From IMG/VR virus record IMGVR_UViG_3300049596_000323, positions 64,001 through 89,943 of that record: a stretch of DNA of 25,943 nucleotides, one strand, 5' to 3'. Source of the DNA: a virus (taxonomy: Duplodnaviria; Heunggongvirae; Uroviricota; Caudoviricetes). Made by a program: the position numbers and the translations under genes. A model generated the notes under the pieces. The model searched no databases. It saw nothing but the letters and a program-made list of their open reading frames with translations, and was not told the origin of the DNA. Of this stretch, positions 16,601 through 25,100 are shown piece by piece (position 1 is the stretch's first letter; each line of letters begins with the position of its first letter).

Positions 16601-16949
16601 TACCACGTGTACCAGACGTACCATCTACACCACTTGTACCTGAAGTACCAGTTAAACCACTAGTACCTGATGTACCACGTGTTCCTGAGGTTCCAGAAAC
16701 CCCACTTGTACCAGAGGTTCCATTGATACCATTTGTACCATCAATACCAGAGGTTCCACTAGTACCTGAAGTACCAGCTGAACCACTACCACCTCCTCCA
16801 TTACCAATAGCTTCATCAATTTTTTGTAAAGCTGTCTGAATGGAATCATTAGTGTTGATACCTGTATAAACAAGATTAGCACCCTCGTAAAATACGCAGG
16901 TGCTGTTAAGTATGACTGGGCAAGGAGTTGCAGAACATGTAACGTTCAT
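13674..16949 (-). CDS. Second G-T-S triplet fibre protein with Cys-containing N-terminal anchor and three Cys-bracketed C-terminal modules
   Basis: N-term [19 protein letters not shown]...[12 protein letters not shown]; two Gly-X-Y blocks split by a module shared with fibre 1; C-terminal modules joined by TTTTTTT and TTPSSP linkers. Confidence 0.8.
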   Translation of the reverse strand: MNVTCSATPCPVILNSTCVFYEGANLVYTGINTNDSIQTALQKIDEAIGNGGGGSGSAGTSGTSGTSGIDGTNGINGTSGTSGVSGTSGTRGTSGTSGLTGTSGTSGVDGTSGTRGTSGTSGVSGSSGTTGTSGTTGTSGTSGTRGTSGTSGINGTNGVNGSAGSSGTAGSSGTSGIDGTSGTDGTSGTSGSSATSGTSGTSGTSGIDGTSGTSGTTGTSGTSGVDGTSGTSATSGTAGTSGSSGEDGTSGTSGVDGTSGTSGTSATSGTSGTSGSTGTSGTSGTTGTSGSSGTTGTSGVDGTSGTSGSDGTSGTSGESGTSGTTGTSGTSGTHGTSGTSATSGSSGTSGSSGVDGTSGTSGTTGTSGSSGTSGSDGSNGTSGTTGTSGTSGESGSSGTTGTSGTSGTSGTDGSHGTSGSAGTSGSSGIDGTSGTSGTSGAQGDKYRTTSTDSFTLGNSGTLTVATGLAYSVAQSIIVVYDANNFQECEVTAYNPSTGELSFGAPFRTVGSGTYTSWIVNLDGASGGDGSSGTSGTSGIDGTSGTSGTTGTSGTSGNDGSSGTTGTSGTSGTSGSSGTTGTSGSSGTSGTSGIDGTNGTSGTSGSTGTSGTSGTSGSSGIDGTSGTSGSSGTSGTDGTSGTDGTSGTDGTSGIDGTSGTSGVDGTSGTDGTSGTDGTSGIDGTSGTSGSSGTSGTTGTSGTSATSGTSGTSGSSGTTGTSGTSGTDGTSGTTGVDGTSGTSGSSGTTGTSGIDGTSGSSGTAGSSGTSGTSAIDGTSGTSGTSGTSGTSGTSGTSGTSGTSGTSGSSTLLYGTSSNTISFPLNQNGIEVTASGVSPSLFGPFSPCSGGILAPLYVESLPIQVGTQLYDDQYLTDPFTFSNPPGTYYIGLDGDPFGIAESGIITSIESCITTTTTTTTAPVYNTINLAFADPSYPSNVGPIVACGNADNPSLLVPIYYEFGTTITATVTFLYYDTALTNSVSSGYYSDGTNWYAVNIYGLVQVSGSCTTPSSPTLYVDSISSMACAGTATSLPTYAYTGTATLCGCGALNAANATSLSAGTYYVSDGTNTRPFTSAGGGSTLLTQAGSCVPC
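14530..15375 (-). repeat. Gly-X-Y coding repeat, block B of fibre 2 (boundaries approximate)
   Basis: GTS/GTD/GID triplets, 9-nt degenerate periodicity. Confidence 0.9.
15620..16800 (-). repeat. Gly-X-Y coding repeat, block A of fibre 2 (boundaries approximate)
   Basis: GTS triplets with interspersed GTR, GES, GVD, GTH. Confidence 0.9.
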
Positions 16950-16986
16950 AGTAAAGTTGTATTATGTGTAATCTATTGATATACAA

Positions 16987-17020
16987 ATAGGCACATAGCT
17001 TTGAAATAGCTTGTGCCTAT
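16987..17020. promoter_or_regulatory. Stem-loop in the predicted 5' leader of the fibre operon
   Basis: ATAGGCACA-(T bulge)-AGCT-TTGAAAT-AGCT-TGTGCCTAT, 13 bp stem. Confidence 0.55.
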
Positions 17021-17025
17021 AGGTA

Positions 17026-17054
17026 CAAAAATAGCTAAAATTATTTAATTTCAA
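17026..17054 (-). promoter_or_regulatory. Bacteroidota-type promoter (TTG-N18-TATTTTTG) upstream of fibre 2
   Basis: Minus strand TTG (17054-17052), 18-nt spacer, TATTTTTG (17033-17026). AT-rich context makes chance matches possible. Confidence 0.45.
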
Positions 17055-17070
17055 TGAGTTGTAAAAAACT

Positions 17071-17089
17071 ATGCTATATAATATAGCAT
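17071..17089. promoter_or_regulatory. 19-bp perfect palindrome directly after the cargo-gene stop (operator or weak terminator)
   Basis: ATGCTATAT-A-ATATAGCAT; followed on the minus strand by AGTTTTTT. Confidence 0.45.
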
Positions 17090-20000
17090 TTATCTTACGG
17101 TATTTTTAGGTTGAACAGTGATGTCAAATTCTTTAGCCCAGTCTTCACTAAGGACGGCTCCAAAGGTTAATACAGTTTTACCTCCTGGAACAAAACTCTT
17201 TAAGAAATCCTTAACTGGCATAGCATCTTTTCTAACCTGTTCACGAGTTCTATCCTTCTTACCTGAAATAGGCATACCTGTAATTTGTTCAGATAAATGG
17301 GTGAAGAATTTTAAAGCATCAGTAACCACAGCAATTGCTGGGAAGATACCACCTGCTGCTAAGTTTCTAATTTCATTAGGATTATAGAAGAATGTAATCT
17401 CATCTTTAATCTTATCTAGTGTTCTTAAGTAATATCTATGTCTGTTCTTAGTAGCTTTATCTTCATCATCATCTGGAGCAAACATACCTAAAGCAAACGC
17501 AGCAGCTGTTAAAGCTATTATGTAACTAATCTCCTTAAGAGAGCTTTGGACGTTTTGTCTAATCATGTCTTTGAAGTCATCTTTGTTCATGTTTAGTTTC
17601 TGTCCAGTCTTTTTATAGTATTGTTGAGTATAATACTCATATAAATCATCTAGTTTTTTAACACCAGATTCATTTACTTGTAATATATTTTTAATGTTTA
17701 ATTGTCCCTCTTTAATTGAATCATACATTAATCCAAGGAATAAATTAGCTCTACCTAAATCATATTGCTCTCCTTCTAAGGTTCCGCTACTATCAATTGT
17801 TATATCAAAGTCATCAGCTCCTAATTTATGTATACCAGAGAAACGTGTTTCAAGCAATGGATAAATCCACTTCTTAAATACCATCATGCTTTTAGTCCAA
17901 ATAGACATGTCCATCTTGGTAATACTTTCTTGTGATACGCTACCTATAGCTCTGTTGGTAGTATTCTTAGTCAATCTACTTAGTCTATCTAACTCTTTTT
18001 TGTTATTTAAATCAAGACCAGGGATAACTAACTTACCATTCTCAAGTTTCATAGTGTTTGTGATAGAACGAGTCTTCTTCAATTGTTCAATCTCAGCATC
18101 TATTTTACCTTTTGACTTTTCCCAATTTCCAGAACTATCATAACGATCATTATATTTAGCCTTAACGAACTTTCTAATGTTAACTATTTTTCCATTCTCT
18201 ATCATTGAATTGTCTAACAATGTTAAAAAGATAGACTTCTCAACCAATTGTTCTGGTTTTCTAAAAGCAATCATTAAGAAATCACCAATGTTATTTCCAT
18301 TTAAAAGCATTCCTCCTTTAACTACACTTGACTTCTTAAACTTTTCATAAGAAGGGTCTTCTTTCATTGGAACAAAAGCATTGATTAATTGAGCAAACAT
18401 TTCTCTGTCATCCTTAGACTTAAACAATCTATGTCCTAATAATATACCTTCATTCTTAAGAACCTCTCTTGCAGTGAAGTAGTTTCCAGACTGTGCAGAG
18501 ATTTGAAATTGAGAACCTAATAAGTTCACAACACCAGGTAATGGATCTAATGATAATGTCTTTAACACAAAAGCTCTGTTGGCAGCATCCATTAGTTTAA
18601 CTAATGATGTAGGTCTGTCATCTCCTTCGTTAATAGATACAATTTCTTTACCAGCAACCTTGTTAATTAGTTTCTTAATGTTAACTACAGCTTTGTTTAT
18701 ACCCACAGGAGTATCAACATCTGACATTACATACTTTTGTTCATAGAATAATGATCTTGTAAACAAGTCAAAGTCTTTAATAATGTCTTCATTACCTCTA
18801 ACCAACTTAGGTTGATTATTCTCCATGATGATATTACCAGCTCTACCTGTAGCAATGTGGTGTGTCTTGAACTCTTCTACGGTTCTTAACATACTAATCT
18901 GATCTTCAATCTCAGTTAAATACTTATACTTCTCAACCTCTTGCGTATACAAGATTAAGTTAGCAAACAAATCAAAGCTTACATCAGAGTAATCATTAGG
19001 ACCATCTGCTTTTCTAGTAAAGTCGTATGTATAGTATTTAGGAATAGCGTTCACTAGTTTACCAGTGATTTCATCAAACTTACCATACCCTACATCATCT
19101 GGATTCATTTGAAGACTGTTGTAGAAATTTTGAACAGGGGCAAATACATTACCCTCAATCACCTTTTCAGCAACTGACTTTCTTACAAATGGTAAGAAGC
19201 TATCCATTATTCTCTTCTCAATAAATCCTACAGCCCCTGCTTCTTGGTTTAATTGTTCTACATATTCATATAGTTCTTTTAATTCTGGGTCAGCTAGGAC
19301 AGCTTTATATTCTTGTGAGTACCATTTAGCTTGAGGATACTTCTGTAACAAATAGTTTTGTTTCCAACCATTGAACTCAGGATTATCTACATCCCAAATA
19401 CGCTCAACTCTTAAAATAGCATTCTCTTTTTTCTCTTCATCATTTTTATAAAAGTTCTCAATACGAGCAATCTTTCTATTTAAAATTGGTTCAGATTCTT
19501 TTCTAACTCTATCAAGATCAATGTTTTCTTCTAACCATTTTTTGTTTTCAGAAGCAGCATTATCTCTAAATGCTTCTCTAAATGCAGGGTCATACTTATT
19601 AACTAACTTGTTAACTGTATCACCTTTTTGATCTTTCTTAAATATCTTTTTTATAATTTGCTCTGTATCACCTCTAGCTACCAGTCTTTTTCTAATGTTC
19701 ATCAACTTATCAACCCCTGCTTCAGCAGCAGCTTTAGCAGCTGTTCTAGCAGTTGTATTAAGTTTAGCCATAATGTTAATTGATCTAACACCAAAATTTA
19801 CAGCTTCTTTAAATCCTGCAGCAAGTCCTTTAGGAATAGCTTCTGGTTCAGTTAACCCAAGCACTAAGTTTCTTTCTCCAATATGCTTATCAGCAAACTC
19901 TAATATAATCTTCTTAATTTCAGTTTTAGCTAAATAGATTTCACCAGATTGTTTAGTTAAGTCAGACAATACATCTCTTAACTCTTGAAGATATGCTTGT

Positions 20001-22189
20001 CCTTCCTCATCATCTTCTTCTATATCTTCTGCTAATTCATCTGAATAGATACGATCACCAAGTTGCACTTCAATTCTATCAAACATGTCTGCAGCATCTA
20101 TGTACTCTCTCATTTGTCTAGAGAATTCAGATAGCTCTTTATTTGTAGAATCTTCGCTATCTGCAGGTCTATCTTTATAGATTGCATTATAATCATCTAA
20201 GATTCTAGCTCCTTGGTTTCTTAATGTTTGAATAACATCAATAATACCAGACAGGTTATTCTGTCCTTGAATAAGTCTAACTGCTTTTCTAATTACATTA
20301 AGTCTTTCTACTTTAAGTTCATAGTTTTCTTCATCACTATTCTCATCGCTAATACGTTCAGCAAGACTGTTTAATTTAGCAATCTGTTCATCAACTACAG
20401 CATCTCCAGTAGATTCTGTTTGCTCAGAAATAGGAGTTAGTAGAAGACTAGTAATTTTGGTAGGGTCTGCAGAACCAATATTAATACCAGTTAGTTTGTG
20501 TGCAACACTACCATCCCTCTTATTTTGAGATTTAATTCTAAGAAGAATAGGAATAGCTTTTAGTTCACGGAACTTTGTAACTCCGTATATATTACTAAGC
20601 ATGCTTTTATATTGTCCCAATTGAACATTATATGCATCTTGCTTATACCATGCAATATCTTCAGCATCTTTACTTACAGTACCAAACTTCCAGTCAAGGA
20701 TGCTGGTTGTACCATCAGGTTCAATAGCAATTAAGTCAGTTGTACCTGCAGTGTCTGTAGTAGGATCGTATAGTTTCTTCTCTGCTAAAAAGATTGTACC
20801 CTCAGGGAATCTATCAGTCTTTTCTACAAAGTATGTTTCTAATTTAATATAAACCTCTTCTTCTTCTTTGCTTGTAAATTCAGGACGTGATAAAGGTGCT
20901 GTTCTTTTTACACCATTCTCATCATAGTATCTACCATGGATATCTTCAAACACTTGGTGTTTGTCAATACCTACATCTCTTTTAAAAGCATTATAGTTTC
21001 TTTCTTCTGTAGTGAGGTTCTCTTCATCAAAGCCTTTATCTTTAGATCTTTGTCTAACAATATCCGTAACCCTGTTAGCTACATCTTTCTTTCCTTCACC
21101 AGTAGTTCTTACATAGATTTGCTTGATGATTTCTTTACCTTTACTGTCTACAGACTTTCTGTCCACCTTAGTTAAAGATTCATCATCTACACTAATCTTA
21201 TTTGCAATAGCTGCTTGAGCAGGAGTATATTGACTAATACTACTTTGATTTTGTTGCAACACTTCTTCTCCTGGAGCAAATAATGAATCATATTTAGGAA
21301 TCTTAATCTTACTTTCATTATTTGCAATTAAGTCAACTAAATCTCCAATAGTAGCATTCTCATCTAAGTTCTCTACATACACCCCATCAACTCCAAGTAA
21401 ACTTTTTAAGAATTCTTTTATTTCATTAAGTAGTTTTTGCAATGACGCTATCAATCCTTGATCTTTTTTACCATCAAGTTTATCAGCAGTTTGCATACCT
21501 AACAATTCTACAATAGCTTCTTCTTGTTGATCTTCTAAATCATATCCACTATCTTCACCATATGATTCTTTGATTCTATTTAATACTTCTTTTCCTGTAC
21601 CACTATTTAATTCTTTAAGAAGGTTCTTGTATAATGTAGGGTTAGTAGTTCTAATTGCTCTAATAACAGGATGTGCAATAATTTCATGCACAGGTGTATC
21701 TAATGTAGCATAAGCTAAGTTAACTACAGCAACATTGTCTGTAAGTTTACCTTTAAAATCTTGAGACTCATCAAAAATAATCTTAACAGGTACACCTATT
21801 CTATTAGAAAGTTTACTAGATAAATATCTAAGAGTCTTTTCAGAAGCTAGTATACCTTCTTTAGATTGCTTTTGAAATTGAGTTTCTTTTTCTTCCTGTT
21901 CATATAAAGCTCTATCATCATTAAAGAATGACAAGTCTCTTTCAAACTCTGCCTCAGCTTTTTGTTGTCTGTCAAATTCTCTATCAACAGCTTCTTGTAA
22001 TCTAGAAGTAATCACCATGTAACTACCCCTACCTGTACTTTGTGCAATAGTAGCAATACTACCCCATAGTTTATTTAATGATACTGCAATAGCTCTTGCT
22101 GACTTTTCAGAAAATCCCTGAAAGTTGTTATCTGTTTTAACAGCGATACTATTATCAATTGTTTTTCTAATCTCTATTTTACAAGGCAT
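17090..22189 (-). CDS. Large virion cargo/ejection protein with zincin-like metallopeptidase motif and PD-(D/E)xK nuclease-like domain
   Basis: DTPVHEIIAHP (21671-21688); GIDKHQVFED...AGTTDLIAIEPDGTTSILDWKFG...YNVQLGQYKSML (~20620-20990); hydrophobic ISYIIALTAAAFALGMFAP near C-terminus; coupled (TAATATG) to the RNAP gene as in crAss-like cargo gene blocks. Confidence 0.7.
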   Translation of the reverse strand: MPCKIEIRKTIDNSIAVKTDNNFQGFSEKSARAIAVSLNKLWGSIATIAQSTGRGSYMVITSRLQEAVDREFDRQQKAEAEFERDLSFFNDDRALYEQEEKETQFQKQSKEGILASEKTLRYLSSKLSNRIGVPVKIIFDESQDFKGKLTDNVAVVNLAYATLDTPVHEIIAHPVIRAIRTTNPTLYKNLLKELNSGTGKEVLNRIKESYGEDSGYDLEDQQEEAIVELLGMQTADKLDGKKDQGLIASLQKLLNEIKEFLKSLLGVDGVYVENLDENATIGDLVDLIANNESKIKIPKYDSLFAPGEEVLQQNQSSISQYTPAQAAIANKISVDDESLTKVDRKSVDSKGKEIIKQIYVRTTGEGKKDVANRVTDIVRQRSKDKGFDEENLTTEERNYNAFKRDVGIDKHQVFEDIHGRYYDENGVKRTAPLSRPEFTSKEEEEVYIKLETYFVEKTDRFPEGTIFLAEKKLYDPTTDTAGTTDLIAIEPDGTTSILDWKFGTVSKDAEDIAWYKQDAYNVQLGQYKSMLSNIYGVTKFRELKAIPILLRIKSQNKRDGSVAHKLTGINIGSADPTKITSLLLTPISEQTESTGDAVVDEQIAKLNSLAERISDENSDEENYELKVERLNVIRKAVRLIQGQNNLSGIIDVIQTLRNQGARILDDYNAIYKDRPADSEDSTNKELSEFSRQMREYIDAADMFDRIEVQLGDRIYSDELAEDIEEDDEEGQAYLQELRDVLSDLTKQSGEIYLAKTEIKKIILEFADKHIGERNLVLGLTEPEAIPKGLAAGFKEAVNFGVRSINIMAKLNTTARTAAKAAAEAGVDKLMNIRKRLVARGDTEQIIKKIFKKDQKGDTVNKLVNKYDPAFREAFRDNAASENKKWLEENIDLDRVRKESEPILNRKIARIENFYKNDEEKKENAILRVERIWDVDNPEFNGWKQNYLLQKYPQAKWYSQEYKAVLADPELKELYEYVEQLNQEAGAVGFIEKRIMDSFLPFVRKSVAEKVIEGNVFAPVQNFYNSLQMNPDDVGYGKFDEITGKLVNAIPKYYTYDFTRKADGPNDYSDVSFDLFANLILYTQEVEKYKYLTEIEDQISMLRTVEEFKTHHIATGRAGNIIMENNQPKLVRGNEDIIKDFDLFTRSLFYEQKYVMSDVDTPVGINKAVVNIKKLINKVAGKEIVSINEGDDRPTSLVKLMDAANRAFVLKTLSLDPLPGVVNLLGSQFQISAQSGNYFTAREVLKNEGILLGHRLFKSKDDREMFAQLINAFVPMKEDPSYEKFKKSSVVKGGMLLNGNNIGDFLMIAFRKPEQLVEKSIFLTLLDNSMIENGKIVNIRKFVKAKYNDRYDSSGNWEKSKGKIDAEIEQLKKTRSITNTMKLENGKLVIPGLDLNNKKELDRLSRLTKNTTNRAIGSVSQESITKMDMSIWTKSMMVFKKWIYPLLETRFSGIHKLGADDFDITIDSSGTLEGEQYDLGRANLFLGLMYDSIKEGQLNIKNILQVNESGVKKLDDLYEYYTQQYYKKTGQKLNMNKDDFKDMIRQNVQSSLKEISYIIALTAAAFALGMFAPDDDEDKATKNRHRYYLRTLDKIKDEITFFYNPNEIRNLAAGGIFPAIAVVTDALKFFTHLSEQITGMPISGKKDRTREQVRKDAMPVKDFLKSFVPGGKTVLTFGAVLSEDWAKEFDITVQPKNTVR

Positions 22190-22190
22190 A

Positions 22191-25100
22191 TTAACAGGTT
22201 TTCTTATATTTAACAGCTTTATCTAAAATCATTTTTTTAATTTCTTCTGACAACTTAGCCTCTTGACCTAATGTAGCTTTTGCACTAGATACAATCTTAT
22301 TGTCTGAAAGAACAAAATAGTTAGCATCACCGTATGTAGTGATCTTAATCTTACCAGATTGAATTTCTTTTCTAACAGCATATATCTCCATAACTCTTTG
22401 GTTCTTAACCAGTTCATTATTCTTATATAAGTTGTCACCTCTTTCTGTATAAGCCTGACCATTAATAACAATCTTCCTCTCTTCAAGTTTCTTCTCAGCA
22501 ACTTTTACTGGAGCAGCCACTCTAAAGAAATCGTCTGGTGTAGCATATCTATCAACATAAGTTTTAGCAGCTTCTAAACGTTTGATGGTAGAACTAATTA
22601 CATCATTTAATTCATTTCTAATATCTTGGTCATCAATTTTAGATTGTAATGTTTCATCTAAACCTTCCCAAATAGAATGAGCCACCTCACTAATTGAAGG
22701 ACCATCTTTAGTTACAAAATCTCTAAGTGTAGATTCTTGTTTAGTTTGTTTACCTGGAACAAGTCTACTATCACGTTTAGCAGTAACTTCTTTATATAAA
22801 GATTCTTCTCCAATCTTACCACCACCAGCAATATATCTAAGAGCTAATCCAGTTGCATCTGTAGCATCATCCATTCTATTTACTAATTTGTAGATAGCTT
22901 GTGGAGTCATGTCAGACGTTTGAACTCCTTGCGAAGGTACAATTTCTTCTGGAATTTCCTCTTCATATGTAAAGTTATCTTCATCTTCCATTAAACTATT
23001 TTCAAAGTTAGCTTGTAACTCTTCCTCTGTAGGGTCAGTTTGATAACCTTGTCTAATCTCCTTTTGGATTTTGTCTTCATTGATATATCCTGCAATCTCG
23101 TAATCAGCCTTCTCAAACTCCACTGGATCAAATCCGTTGTTAATTTGAGACACTCTAGCATGATCATAGAACTCATTAGCTCTTTGACCATCACCCCAAG
23201 CATTGATTTGTTTATATATAAAGTTCTTAGCCTTACCATATCTTAAAGGAACACTAGGACTAGCTTGCTCATCATAAACCTTTTTGAACAATCCTTTCTT
23301 AATATAAGAGAAATCTCCTGCCTCCTTTAACTTTTGTTTCTCTTCTGCTGTACCAACTTCCCAAGTGTAAACAAGAAAGTCTTTTCTTGCTGCTCTATCT
23401 TTTACAGGAATGTTAAGCATTTGAGGAAACTCACCTCTTTCCATAGCAGCTTGTAGCTCTTCATGTTGTATAGTGATTGTACCTTTTAGGTCACTGAATG
23501 CAAACCCATCTTCGTTATACACCATCTTAGGTCTCTTGAAACTAACCACATCAGGATTGTTCCAGTTGTTTCTTTCAAACGCATCAACTTCTGCAAACTT
23601 TCCAATAGTTGTAGTGTTTAATCTTGACATTGGTTCAGAATATCTCTCTCTAAAATCTTCATAAGGAATGAACCCTGTGAAAGATATAGCTGAGTTATTC
23701 AATCCTGATTGTACAATAGATAATGTAATCAACCCTTTGTACAAGTCATAATTATTATTTGCTTTTAAATAATCTTTTAATTGAGCAAATGCATATATGA
23801 TTTGGTTTTGATCATAAGTCTTATTGTCTTTACCTGTAAGCTTAATTGAATCAGCTCCACCTTCAAGTTGAGATGGTTGATATTGGAAAGAGTTGATAAT
23901 CAAGTTGTTATGTAAGTCATGGTTTTCATTATCTCTAACTTGTTTAACAAATTCAGCAATTTGTTTAGCTGTATTATTTACATTTACTAATGAATCACCA
24001 ATAGCCATATTGTATTCATCTAATGTTTGAACAGAGAAATCAAATATGTTATTAACAATTCTTCTAGCAAGCTTAGAGAACTTTCTATCTCCTAACCTCT
24101 TGTATCTATTAAACAATAACTCTTGTATAGCTTGTGCATTTTCTTTCTTTTCAGATACAATAGCTTGAGCATATACGTCTTTAATACCACTATACTTATT
24201 GCGTAAATCTCCAATGAAAGAATTTTCTAATATGTTTCCTGTAGCTGAACCAATTAAGTTAGTGCTATATTCACTAGGTGAGTTTGTTATGATAGCATCA
24301 TCCATTCTATATATAGTGTATGGGTTGTTTATATTAGCAGTGTCAAACTTAGTAGCTTGTGTCACTCTAAATAAATGTTCCGCCATCTTAGAGTATTTCA
24401 AGAATTCATTTAACATGAATGCTTGTTGTAACTTTTCTTTATCATTAAGTGCATTTTTACCAACTAGTGCAGATAATTCTTTACCAGAAGGAATTGTACC
24501 ATCTTTAATTGTATAACCAGAATCACCCACTCTATATTTAGCATTAATCCTCACCTTATTAAATGCTTCTCTTGAGAACAAGAATGCAGAACCTAAATTT
24601 TGTAACTCTTTTAAGTAGTCAATAATAATAGGTTGGTTCATAAAGTTAGCCACCTCTTCAATAGGTACACCTATCTTAACTAAAAATAACCAAGTAGGAG
24701 CCACTGTAGGATTAGCCCCCAACTCCATAATCCACGGACCCTTTGCAATATCCACATAACCACCAATAAACATAGCAATAATATCAGAGATGTCATGCTC
24801 ATTGTTTGCATCCTTCACTCTAGATAATAATGGGAATACATCATTACCAATTTTAAATTTATTATACTTACTAAATTTAACTTTCTTATCACCTAACCAA
24901 GAAGCATCTTCAGGAATAACATATTTTCTATGATCTACAATAACAACATCACGTTGGTTAAGAGCATGGTTAGTTTGTGCTTGAGCTGCAATACCAATTG
25001 CATACTTACCACGTACAAACGCATCTCTAATTGTAGACATGAATGTTTGGTTTAGTAAGTTAGATGTACTAACATAATCAAACTCTTTACCAAACTTCTT

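Noticed and set aside
10235-16800. Periodic DNA resembling a CRISPR array or satellite
   Set aside because: Period is 9 nt, degenerate at third codon positions, with no constant repeat/unique spacer structure; fully explained by coding repeats.
10235-16800. Ice-nucleation or antifreeze function of Thr-rich Gly-X-X repeats
   Set aside because: Lacks the AGYGST-type 16-residue ice-nucleation repeat, and the fibre/S74 context gives a simpler explanation. It cannot be strictly excluded without assay.
10112-16839. Long plus-strand Pro/Val/Leu-rich ORFs (PLVPEVP...) such as 10112-11188, 11933-12982, 13073-13474, 14587-15474, 15655-16839
   Set aside because: They are the antisense reading of GGN-ACN-AGT/TCN codons, which happens to lack stops. 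They begin and end with the repeat blocks and mostly start at GTG/TTG.
10230-16882. Minus-strand alternative-frame ORFs rich in L/V/Q/E (e.g. 10581-11174, 12354-12890, 15662-16183)
   Set aside because: Frame-shifted shadows of the same GTS repeats; no slippery site or independent start signals seen.
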